From Paecilomyces variotii (lineage: Eukaryota), in NCBI GenBank assembly GCA_004022145.1, contig RCNU01000019.1: DNA of 64,000 nucleotides; one strand, 5' to 3'. Positions 1 through 12,800 of the stretch are shown piece by piece. Position numbers and translations under genes: made by a program. Each line of letters starts with the position of its first letter. Positions within the stretch are counted from its first letter, which is position 1. Below the pieces are notes generated by a model. The model was not told the origin of the DNA and searched no databases. It worked only from the letters and a program-made list of their open reading frames with translations.

Positions 1-432
1 CCTCCCTCATCCACCGCCCCAGAAACAGAACCGTATCACCTCAGCCCAACCCCATCGTCTACTACGCAGCGCCCCAATCTCTTCCTCGCCCCCGAAACCT
101 ACGACGCTATCCTCGCCATGATCGCCAAATACGTCCGGCGTGAACGCTCCCAGCGTCGCTGGCGTCTGGCTCATTTCCTTGTTGCCCTTATCGTCTCCAT
201 TGGCTGCTTCGTCGCTGTCTGGTGGACAGGAGGGATCATCTACGTCGCGTTCATCCTCACATTCGTCAGCACACTGAGTTTCGCAGCTGGTGTGTTGGAC
301 GGGTTGATTGGGGGATTATTTGTGTCGAGTGAGCTCAGAGCTCTGAAGGAGTTTGAGTGGGAGGTGAGAAATGCGAAGAGGCTAGCACTAGGTGGGAGTG
401 TGGGAGATGAGACGGAGGAGTGGAAGATATGA
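1..432 (+). CDS. 3' end of a hypothetical membrane protein (truncated by window start)
   Basis: Frame is open from base 1 to TGA at 432; two hydrophobic segments (LAHFLVALIVSIGCFVAVWW; IIYVAFILTFVSTLSFAAGVL); AT-rich 3' region follows. Confidence 0.65.
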   Translation, partial: PPSSTAPETEPYHLSPTPSSTTQRPNLFLAPETYDAILAMIAKYVRRERSQRRWRLAHFLVALIVSIGCFVAVWWTGGIIYVAFILTFVSTLSFAAGVLDGLIGGLFVSSELRALKEFEWEVRNAKRLALGGSVGDETEEWKI

Positions 433-947
433 ATTGTGAATGAATCGGGTAATAATAATAATAGCCCGAGACCAACCAAGTCTATCTTGTCTGATCAGAA
501 CATAGAAAAAGACAAGTATGGCATTATAATGTCTATAATAATAATGAGGGTTGTCCTCGATTTTTTTTTTCTTTTCAACGGTTATTATATTTACTAATTA
601 CTCCTATGATAGAAAGGAAGGAAAGAATAGAATACTTATAGATCCGACTTTGATGATATATAAGTGACCACTTCAATGAGCGTTGCGTTTCATTTCATTT
701 CATTTCACTAGAAGCTAACTAGCGAGAGAGTGTACCCCAGGGCTCTTGCCCTCTTGTACAGTACATAGGTACGTACTTGATTTCAATTCATTCCACCACC
801 AAAGGAAGGCCATCGCCAATCAGGTCAATAATAACATCGTATTCGTGAAATTCATTTGCGATTTCTCGGAAATGACAGACAGACAGAGAGACAGGAATCA
901 TCGAGGAGAATAAATCCCTACGGACAAGCGCGCGACAAGTGACGAAT

Positions 948-2021
<1,074 letters not shown>

Positions 2022-2083
2022 TTAAGTAATAGTGACTGGTATCATTGTTAGCTATTCCAACCTACGGTTAGGGGAAGAGGGAA

Positions 2084-2276
2084 GCATGATCCTTTCGCTG
2101 GTATTATCCAGATCAAGTTGTGACCGTATAATTTCAGAACGAACCCAGAGCTGCTGGCAGACGGCATCTCTCTCTCGAGCAGAGAGAGAAAACAACATCG
2201 ATCTCCCCTCCCGCCATCGAGAAAGGTGGATGCCGCCATCCAAGTCCAGCAGATGGGAACGAACACCGGTTCATGC
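2084..2276 (-). ncRNA. TPP riboswitch in the THI4 5'-leader intron
   Basis: Minus strand reads GCATGAACCGGTG...GTTCTGAAATTATACGGTCACAACTTGATCTGGATAATACCAGCGAAAGGATCATGC, matching the fungal TPP aptamer (P1 GCATGA/TCATGC). It lies between donors at 2288/2297 and branch GCTAAC (2047-2052) / acceptor CAG (2036). Confidence 0.96.
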
Positions 2277-3389
2277 ACAGATATTTACCTGAGATACCTT
2301 GATCATCATTGGATAAGCCCAGCCATGAGGCCATGGCTTCCATCTTCACGGTTCACATAACGACCGGAGAGATATACAGTACTGTACTGGCGAGAAACCT
2401 ATTCGAACGGTCAGCCAAGACATACACAGAAAAGAGAGGGGCCGCAGGTGGTACTCTTGATGATTTTGTTATAGAAACAGTCGGGCAATTGTTCGTAGTG
2501 GGCGAGAGAGAGAGAGGAAGAAAGCTGGCGATGGAGGGGTAATGTGCGCAACTTTATACTTACCCAGAGAAAAACCCCCGCTCCGCCGAGAAGTCCAGCA
2601 TCTCCGGCCTCGCTCGTCCAAGACCCCGCTTACTCTACAAGTCGAATAATAATCCATTATGATTCCCCTCCTAACGATAAACCTAATCCAGTTTCAGTTT
2701 TCGCTATTCCATTTTGGCGGAGCAGAGCCATCCGGCAGGACAACAAATCGCTACGTACAATTACTACTCGTCCAGGCAATTTCCGCAGTGATCCAAGTGG
2801 CTTTCTAGCTCTCCCGGTGAGTGATTCATCGGCCGTGCGCTTATTCGTGCGAGCTGTGCTGGATCCGGTGGACCGCCCTCTGGAAGCTGTCAGGATTGCG
2901 ACAAGTTTATCGGTCGTTCGGGCTGCGCTGTTTAAAATCTAATTTGCTGGATAGAGATTTGCGCAGAGCCGGGGTTTGCGTGTTCGGCTGCCCACCATCG
3001 CTCGCAGCCTCGTAGTGCGTTGTTGGTCCATGGATAGTAATTCGCGCAGGGAATGAGTTGTTCGTCTTCCTCACTTGTGGCATACTCTGAATTAGTTAAC
3101 TCAGTGTCCTCGGATAGCGAATTCTAGTCATACTTGTGGGGTAGTTACGTTGTATGGACCGAATATCAATCCGACGAATCATGCAGACAATGGTTCGTTG
3201 AGATACCCAGAAATCCTTATGTACCCTCGGTCTGGATTCATCATATCTATAGTTGAACCCAATATGCTATGATGAATTCGAGGAATTGCGAGTAAGGAAC
3301 GAGGCGGAAACGATATCCGGAATCCACAAGTCATAACGGATGGACAATGGATAGCCAGTCAATTGTTCTTTATCTCTGTCGAGTCTGTT

Positions 3390-5217
3390 TCATTTCCCAA
3401 ATTCGACTGCAACACGAACACCATAGTCTTCCTCTTTCTTGCTCGTGGCATGGGCCCAGTTCTTCTTTTTCCCGGCCTTCTCGATCCTCTCGATCGTATC
3501 CTCAAAGACGTCTTTGGAAACCACGGCGCCGGCGGACGGATTGACAGCGATGGCTAGAGATAATAGGTCCTCTCTGCCTTTCTTCTTATCGACATGCTGC
3601 CAGGTATTTGTGATCCGAATCCGCCAATTTGTGTCAGAAACCACGCCTGCGGGATACACGTCTCCGATCAAAGTAGCCACTCGTCCTAGGTACTGACACC
3701 ACCAAGCCTCCTGTGGGGTGATTAATTGGCAGAAACGCTCACGTAGGGATTGTTCTGCGGGAGAGAGATCGCCATTCCAGCGCTCGCAGAGTATCAAAGC
3801 AAGCATAGCGCGGTCGACATGGGCTAGGTTATTTGCCGAGGCGAGGATTCCAGTTGTTGTGCTATATAGTGCCGCTGCGGGTCTCGACTCCTTGGGGATG
3901 GAAGAGTGGACGAAGAGGATATTTGCTAGAGCAGTAATAAGACCGGCAGTGAATGAACCGGGTGCGCGTAGTGATGATATAGGAGAATGCGTAGGCGGCA
4001 GAGCATCAGTGAGGAGCTTGGCGATTGCTTTTGCAGATGCAGATGCATATGGAGCCGTGGCCACTACAAGGGGATCGTGTGTGCGTATCTCTTGCGGCAA
4101 CCTGTCAAACAGGAAACCCTCACACACTCCTCCCTGGCAGAACTGGATACCCTTGATGACTGGCAGGGCTTCTGCAAGGACGTTGACCAACAACGCAACC
4201 GCAGGGACCTGGGAAGCTCGTCGCTTCGAAACGCGGAAGATCTTCTGTTCTGATTTCTGGATGGTATCCAGAACCGAGAGCGTATCGTAAAAGTCAGACC
4301 GGCTGACCCTGAACCCATTGATGATAGGGATTGGATAAGGGTCAACTCTCGATTCACTCATGAGAAGGTATCCCCAGCCTCTGAAGCCTCCGCCACACAG
4401 ATACAAGTCAAACCCACCCCCAGCTTCAGCTGATCGCAAGAGACTCTCTGGGACCTGTAATTCTTTGTACGCATTCTGGAAATTCGTCCGCATCTCTTCC
4501 TTCAATTCCTTCTCGGCCTTCGAGCCATTCTTCCGCGCCTCTGCCAGCCGTCTAGTCAGCGCAGCCGCTCCGTAAGGAAAGCTGACCGATCCCCTTGGAC
4601 TGGTCGTCACGGTTCCATTCTTTGCGATCATCCACGTAATTTGAGTACTCCCTCCTCCTAGATCCATTACCAGACCTTCAACGGAGGCAAAGCTGCTGGC
4701 AACTCCCAGTGCGCCAATGCGCCCTTCATCCTCTTTCGAAAGAAGCGAAACATCCCAACCCGTCGACTCCTTGATCCTAGCCCGAAATTCGACAGAATTT
4801 GGTGCTGTTCTCGTAGCTTCCGTGGCCAAAACATGGATGTTTTCCGAAGGCACGCCAAAATCCTCACATGTGGCTTTGAACCGACGTAGCCTTGTCACGA
4901 CAGCATCTACTACGTCTTCTGGGATAGGCCCACGGATCCCGTCTGGATTTGAGAACTGCGCATCATAGAGAGAAATGCCTGCCCGCTCATGGAAGACACT
5001 GGGCATGATGCGCGCTGTTTGCTGAGATAGGTCAGTTATGGAGAATCGGATTCCATTGCTTGATTTTTGTTAGTGAGATTTTATGGAAGTATTCGATTAC
5101 GTGGAGTGGTGACATAGAGCGAGATGAGGAAATCTTGCAGAGATAGATAGATTTCTCTTACCTTCCCATATCCACCACCGCGTGGAGATTCTTGTTTTCT
5201 TTTCTGGGGGTAGCCAT
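3390..5217 (-). CDS. RTG2: Ppx/GppA-family protein, retrograde regulation protein 2-like
   Basis: Exon 1 MATPRKENKNLHAVVDMGS spliced (intron 5059-5161) to NGIRFSITDL; ATEATRTAPN and DLGGGSTQ ASKHA-type motifs. Confidence 0.88.
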
Positions 5218-5793
5218 TGCAAAGAGTAAAGGAAGAAATATACCTATCGGGAGCAAAATGGTTGGAGAAGCTGTGAGTCGCAGATAGAACTACTATCACT
5301 ATCGCAGATCCTAGCGTCAAACACTAAGTAAGGATGCCAAATCCAGGGTCAGAATGTGATGTCAGCGGCTGCATGCATGGTTATGGTCTTAATCCAAGAC
5401 CACAAAGGAGAATTGAACTATTGGTAACGGCTGCATATATCGACAATTTTAGGTCAGTAGATCGAAGCAACTCCATTAGATAGAACATCGCTTTTGGTTC
5501 GACAGTAAGTACTGTAAGTACTTACGGCGAGCGACGCGGGAACAAACAAATCTCGCACGTGGATTCCCGTTCCACAAGCCGGTCTGTCGAAGCGAAACCT
5601 TCTGTCGATGAATCACACACCTCAGCCACAACGAATAGTTGGGAAGGTCGGTTTTCATGGCATTTAAGCAAATTATGATCCATGGTCTGATTTCCCATTT
5701 CTGCATGGCGATGTGGCAGCCTGTTCAGCAGGGACAGGGTTGGTACGAACAGCCACTATGAAGACGTGGAGTCTGGTCCCTGCTACTACCATC

Positions 5794-6080
5794 TAGGGAT
5801 GGCGATTTGAAATTCAAAATGTCATGAATTTCAGTAATAAAAAAGATTTTAATTTCACGAAAAATTTTTGAATTTCAAATAGGCACGTGACCGAGATTTT
5901 GCGCTTTTACTTATTAATAGTCGTACCTACTATTGGTTATTCTCTTCGCTTAATTTCCTAATCCGTATTTAGCGCGCCCCATTTATGGTCTGTGCGTTTT
6001 GAATTTCGAAACGAAAAAAAAGGGTTGAATTTCAGTATTTCAGTAATAAAAAAGAAAATGTCTGAAATTCACCACCCCTA
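5794..6080. mobile_element. Non-autonomous hAT-like MITE, 287 bp
   Basis: Perfect 8-bp flanking direct repeat CTACCATC (5786-5793, 6081-6088); imperfect TIRs TAGGGATGGCGATTT / TAGGGGTGGTGAATT; AT-rich interior with repeated GAATTTC/GAAATTC and two copies of ATTTCAGTAATAAAAAAGA. Confidence 0.85.
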
Positions 6081-6412
6081 CTACCATCACAATCTATATG
6101 TGCCTTGCCTGCAGATAATACTCGATACTAGGACTCCGGCCTAGTTGAAACATCAGGCCCATCGACGGGAGGATGATTGGTTTTGAAACTCCATTCAGAC
6201 GCGTCTGATCATCCCAGTGGTCGCTCTGTTGTGCTACACCGACATCTTCTCATTCCTCGTTACACGGGTCGTTTGACAGGATATTGATGCAGAATTGTTA
6301 TGGATGGTGGGCGAAAAACTGCCGTTGGAGGATTCGTCTCATTGATAACATCATCATTGGATTTTCGTATTCATAACAATAACATAAATATACCATAGAC
6401 CATTACACTGCA

Positions 6413-8237
6413 TCAAAGGACATATCTATATGCGGGTCCATAGTTGGCCTCTGCATAGTTCTGAGCATCCTTGTCATCCTCCCCTGCCCGGGCTGCCCTT
6501 TCTTCCCTGGTTCCGTATGTCCGGTCAAGCTTTTTGTTCTCCCAGACGAGAAGCGTCCGCAGCAAGAGAGCCAGAAATGCGGTGAAGAACATGAATGCAG
6601 CACAGATAGACTGGCCTTTGACGTAACGAGGAGCATCCGTTTCTGGGAAGACGTTCGTTCCGAGGAACGGTCCACATTGGCCGATCAGATTGAGAAGGAC
6701 CATGCCCATACCACGGCGTGTATCAGAACCTTGGTTGTCTGTGCAGTCAGGTTAGCTTAATCCGATTTGAAATTAGCACGGGACCACATACTCAGAACCC
6801 AAGGAAGGATATTGGCAATTGCTGGGAAGACGCCGCTTGCAGCCAAGAACACACCGAAGTAGCGAACTCCGACCGAGGTGCAAGTAGCAAGAAGAACATA
6901 TCCAACCGCTCCAAGTAATGACAGGAAAGCAATCATGAGACCACGCTGCTGGGACTTATCCGCGATCCATGTGGTCAAGATAGTGATGAGGAAGGAAAGG
7001 AAATAAGGAGGCGCGGTCAATCCCTGGGCATTGACGGCCGTGAAGCCCATGTCGTTCAGGATGGTCGGAAGGAAAACAGGAAGCGAAGAGAAGCTGACAT
7101 TGCAGCTGAAGTACATGAACTTTTCTCAGTCAGTATCCCTGCTGCTCCCACCAGAAAATTAGATGGTGGACACCTACCGCTGTTAACCAGGGCTTAGCAT
7201 CTAGTAAAGTCAGAAAAATATCTTTCCATACAATGCCTTTCTCCCGTTCGAGGGTGCCACTTTGCCTGAGCCCTCTGGCATTCGCAATCTCCTTCTCCTC
7301 CGCGGTAAGGAACTTTGCGTCTTGCGCAGAGTCAGGCACGTAAAACCAGGCAACTGGGGTCATCAGCAGTGTGGGGATTCCCTCAACCAAGAAGAGAAGG
7401 CGCCAGTTCGCCAGCTTCGAATGGCCAGACGTGATACCATAAGCAAGTGCTCCTGCAAAGGTATTGGCCAAAGGAGCAGCAGACAGGAACAGACCGCAGC
7501 GGAGACCAAGCTCATGGCGACGATAAAAGAAAGACATCAGATATGGGACGCCTGGCCCGAAATCAGCCTCTGCGGCACCAAGGAGAAAGCGGAGGGCCAT
7601 TGCCCCATTCCAGTTCTGTATAGCTGCCTGGCATGTCGCAAAAATACCCCTGGGAAGTCTGCATGAGTATCTCCGAACCAGATTGCATTAGAATGTCAGA
7701 ACATACCATGCAAATACAACCAGCGCCGCCCATCGATGCGGGGGCACAATCTTCCACATAAACGCCTGAAACTCGAAGAGGTCGTATGAGATGTAGAAGA
7801 TGGTGAGCAGCCACGGGTAGCGGTTTCCAGATAGTTTCAGGTCCTCCTGCATGCCAGCTATCTTCGCATTTCTGGCATCGTTCGCTCATTAGATGTCAAG
7901 AGCCCGTTTATATCCAGCACGTCCACTCACCCAATGTTCGATCTATCCAAAAAGGCGAGGAGATCTGGTAGTCATGTCAGCAAAAGATCATTTTCCAATA
8001 GCGTTACTTGGACCAGAAGAACATACAGAGAGCTCCAAGGAGTACTGGCAGTCTCAGATCCAACTTCCTCAGGTAGCGTTTCTCTACAAGAGGATCGATT
8101 GCGGGTCCTGCCGTAGAAGGGTTTGAGTACGCCGCTTCCAGACGACTCACTTCTGGTTTGTCCTCGTGAATAGCAGCTGGGCGGATAGTATCATCTTGCG
8201 CTGCTGGCGAGACGCCCGGGTACTCTGGGAGCTCCAT
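6413..8237 (-). CDS. MFS transporter, anion:cation symporter (Dal5/Tna1) family, multi-exon
   Basis: RKLDLRL, LAFLDRSNIGNAKIAG, WRLLFLVEGIPT, AQGLTAPPY, WENKKLDR...YRYVL across exons separated by short GT-AG introns. Confidence 0.9.
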
Positions 8238-10655
8238 GATGGCACGCTTTCCTCCCGGTGGAAGAGTGAGATCGAAGCCATGGTGGCACACCGCCAGGAC
8301 TTATACTGTGTACTCGAGTTATCGGTGTATGGGTTCAGCCGTGACGACACAGACCTGCGTGGCAGTCATTCCAGTGGTTCTCCGGTTTCATCATGAACCA
8401 ATTAGTATCGGATGGCTAAGTGACCAGTCAAGCTCAACGCAGCGCTGACCAGGGCAGAGAAGATCGCCTTGATGGAATGGGCTCAGCCAGCCCGGCTACA
8501 GTACCTAAGTACTTAGCGTCCGCAGGGGGCCTCAAAGTTTCACCGGCCAGAAGCTTATCGTCTCTCTCCACAGGCCATCTTTGCGGGGGCACGCGCGACT
8601 AACGAGAGGACTAAGTAGGTATGTTGAAGGCTTGAAGCACATTGAAATCTCTGTTTGCCGGCGTGACCAGCAGGAGCTTTCCAAACCAGTGATAGATAGG
8701 TAAATTAGCTTCCAGCCGACTCCCAAAATATTGCGGAGTGGCGGCCTAACTCCAAATTCCCACAAATGGGATGGATGAACCCCGCAAAAAGTCGGCTATC
8801 ACCAGAAGTAGGTTTTCTCAGGTAGAGACCGACTATTAGGACAACAAGCCATCCATTCTGCTCTACGGATCACCTCCTGTTGAGCCACAGGGTAACTTGC
8901 GGGATGATTCAAAAGAGCCATGGACCAGACGTTCCTTTCCCCGGAATGAGCCATCCGGGAACGTGTGCTCTAGAATTCCTCTGGAGTAGAAGCGATCGCG
9001 TCTAATCTCGGATGTCGTGAAACACAAACGCTTAAGTTTACCATACTTAGCCGGCTAAAATGCTAGACATTTTACCAAAGCACAGACGGAGAACTTCCGT
9101 CAAGGTCGGACAATTTCCTACTTCCATGTCCTCGACTGGGGATGCGGGGTAGTTTTGCACCGGCGATATAATCAAGAAGGCAATTGGATAGTCACACCAG
9201 CTAAGCAATGTCAGGTGGAAATGGTTCTTTACTGGGTTTTACTCACTAGTAGGTAGTACTGCAACCGATCCATCCTCATCTCCATATCCACGACAGTCGT
9301 ATTCGTGGTCTCTGATCTCTCGTAAGCAAAGGGCAGGATGCGGGGGGCATAAGACTCGCTATGCTTTGCAGTACTTAAGTACCACTGCAGCAAAATATCC
9401 CTCTCTGCGGTCAAAGAGCTCAGCTCCGCACGGATGTATTATGATGGTAAGTGGACACCGGCTAACTACCTAGGTAGCCTTTTACTCATGGCGATTGTCC
9501 CTCTGTCCACGGAGTATCAAACTTAAAATCACACAAGTTCTTTCGAGGTCGGTCTGCGACATCGGTTACTTCTACAACAATAATAAGTCAGAGCCTCCGA
9601 TTATCACTAATGTGGGCACCAATGTATGGTTTCGGATTCATGAAGAGGCTGCTCGCTATATGGCAAGGAATTGAACAATTTGACTACATACTTAGCTGCT
9701 AGTTACTGTCGAATCCTAAACACACCCGCTAACAGTTAATTGCTTTCTTGATTCTAGGCCTGAAAGGCAATGAGGAAGGTTAAGCTTATTACTTATCTCC
9801 GCTACATCCTAGGAGTTCCATAGGATATCGAGCAACCCGCCGCACCGCAAACGGCGATGTAACGGGTCGCCCATGTGCATTCTCGGTGCGCCGACAATTC
9901 CACATAGCTACCCATGCTCTCCACTCCCCAACATATGTGAATTTGCAGAACAATACCGTTCTGCATCTTATTGTCCCCAAGGAAGCTTGAATTCTGCGGT
10001 GCACGAATTAGAAGTGTTCTATTGGTGGGAAGAAGGCCCAGACGCTTGATAGAGCAAGCCGTGACAGCATTTGGGCAATCACTGTTATTAATCCGTGTCA
10101 ACGAGAGCTTCGTTTGAACTGTGTTCTTTTTTCTTTTCTTTCGAAATTTCAGTTCACTCGTGTTATTTGGACTCTTATATTCTCCTAGAGTAAGGGTTGT
10201 GGTTTATCCAAGCGAATTGGTACTGTAGATTCGACTACTTTTTGAAGAGTTCTGCCTTCCATAGTGGCATTAAACTCTGATAAGTAATCCACACGAACAC
10301 CTAAGAGACAAATTGATAGCATAAGTGGCATATTATTATTATCTCCCTGACAGTGATGCCTTTGTTGAGTAGGTCTCGAGTGACCAATTAGGCAGGTGCA
10401 GGAAACAACATTTGTTGCCTCAGGCATCAATAAATACTTACTGCGCCAGTGGACGCTTCAGCCCGCCGTTGCGCCGCATCCCGAACTGCTGATCTCAAAT
10501 TCCGCGTCGCGTCCAGGAGCTTTAAGTCGTCAAGGCCGACCTCTCTTGCCCGCCGTCGCAGCCTATATGCGTGTCTCCCTTTCCTTTGATCTGCCTTGAA
10601 ATCATTTTGCGACCACATCTTTGAAATATCGGAGCGCTAGCACACGGTCGCCAAA

Positions 10656-12800
10656 ATGAATGACCCAGCCAGCGGGCTCCCTGGGCAGCTTGTACGTCGC
10701 CAGCTATCGATATCTACTTGGTTGAATGAGCTTGGAACTGATGCAATATCTTATTAGTTGCCCCATATGCACCTTGTCTCGCGGTATCGATACCCGATGA
10801 TGAGCGTGCTGCCCACCGAGACAGCAGTCGATTATCTCCTGTCTGCGCCAAAGATTGTCCGCGAATTGCAACCGATGCACTGGACATTTCTCGATGGTCC
10901 CCCTGATGGCACTATCATGCTCACCTGGCAGCCATTAAACCACCTCGGAACAAATTTTGCCAGCGATGGTTACGTCTGGGCGGATGCGGAACAGGCGTTT
11001 ACTTTCGAAGCCAAGGGCTACGTACGTCCACATGAGAGCCTTTCAAAATAATTACTCGACTGACTTTCAGGTTAGACTGTTGAAATGTGGCTTCATAGAA
11101 GCGGTTACCATCCTCCGAATGAGAATCTAGCTACGCATTGCCGTCGTCGTTTCCGTCTGGTTGCTGCGAAGGCTCCCAATCCCAATCTTCCTCCGCCGGA
11201 TCCATCACTATGGATCGTCCACTACTCGAAAGCTCCGCCGACCGATCATATTCCTGCTAACAGAATCCCGATTCTGCCACAAACGCAAAGTATGCTCGCG
11301 CAACGCCGCTTTCTACAGGGCCAGGGCCAGCTGGTCCGTAAGGACTTCATGTTGCACGACCGCAACAACTGGCCAACAATCAATTTCCCGCCGCAGATGG
11401 GCCCTCAAGGGTTCGCGCAGCCGCCAGGGGCGTTCCCCAATGCCATGATGGCTCGACAGCCTGGCGCATTCTACCCTCCACAGCAAGCCGCCGGCATTCC
11501 TGGTGCTATGGCTCCAGCTCAAGCCAAAGCGCCGCGGGGCCATCGGGGGTCAACTGCAGCGTTATCTGCGGCCAACGTTGATTTTTCGTTGGAGGACGAA
11601 GAAGTTTCTACCGGCGATATGCTGGACCTCTTGACACCTCGGGAGATCGCGAAGATGAGATATCAGCAACATCATGAATGGATGGAAGAGATCTTTGCGT
11701 CTCCCTATGCCACGAACCAAATCACGCCCGTTGACCTCGGACTGGGTCGTAAGGGCGAGCTTGAGTCCTTGACAGCGGGCTTCTTTGACGCGCCAACGGG
11801 TCCTTCCGCAACCAAGGAATCCAAGGAAGCAGGAAAGATGGAACCTGGCAAGGCCGAAGAATTCGCGGATCGCGTTTCTAAGAAGGTGGCGGATATGACA
11901 GAGGAGATTGAAAAGCTGAAAAAGAGACATGCGCGACGGATGGAGAAGTTCAAACGCACCTCACTGCTTAAAGATGCCGAATTACGGCTCCGTGAAGCTG
12001 CAGCGGACCCTGACGCTACAGGCTCTGAGCTCTGGAGACTGGAGGGTCGCATCGATATACCTGCCGAAGAAGGCGCGTCTCCAGTGGACTATCCGCAGGC
12101 CAAGCCTAAATACAAGGTTGATGACATTCTCCGCGAGGTGGAGACTTCATGGGGTAAGAAGATAGTACCGGAAACCAAGGTGGCTTGCGTTGAGAAGGGC
12201 GGTCTTCTTGATAAGATCGAGCATAAACAGCAGCCTGAGCCTGAAGGAGATGTCTCCATGGAGAACACAGGTAGCCATGTCATGGACCAGTTTGGCACGC
12301 CAGGTGGTTCAGCACCTGGCCAAGGAGCAGCCACACAGGCCGGTGGCAACGCCTCGAGTAATGTCCCCAATACGGCCAATGCTCAAGCGTCTACGACAGG
12401 CACATCTCAAGGTGGCCTTCCTTCCATCCCCGACTTGGATGTGGACATAGAAATGGCTGGAACTTCGAATGAGCAGCAAGCGCCCACAGCGGACGGCGAA
12501 ACTGGCGACTGGGTCATGGTCAATGATGACACCAAGAAAGATGACAGGTCCGCCGGTCAAGGTGCCCCTGGGAGCGCATCTCAGGGCTTTACGCCAGGCA
12601 ACACTGGTCTTGAGACAAGCAATTTCGATGACGCTGCTGACTTCACCAACATCGACTCCGCGGGTGATGCACTTGCTGCCTACAGCGAACAACACGACGG
12701 TTTAGATCTTCCTGATCTAGAGAACTCAGCCTTTGGCGACGCGTTCCACGCATCGGACAATGAGCACAATCACCACCACGATGTGGACGACTTATCCTAA
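10656..12800 (+). CDS. SSR4: SWI/SNF and RSC complex subunit Ssr4 (DUF1750)
   Basis: MNDP...LPHMHLVSRYRYP, FASDGYVWAD, LTPREIAKMRYQQHHEWMEEIFASPY; introns at about 10692-10757 and 11022-11075. Confidence 0.85.

Noticed and set aside
6413-8237. Idea that the MFS permease and THI4 form a thiamine cluster
   Set aside because: No second TPP aptamer seen near the permease, an unrelated gene intervenes, and substrate cannot be inferred from sequence.
9229-9440. Short coiled-coil-like minus-strand ORF with GTACTTAAGTAC palindrome
   Set aside because: No ATG start or supported gene structure; similar GTAC/TAGGTA palindromes occur throughout the intergenic DNA.
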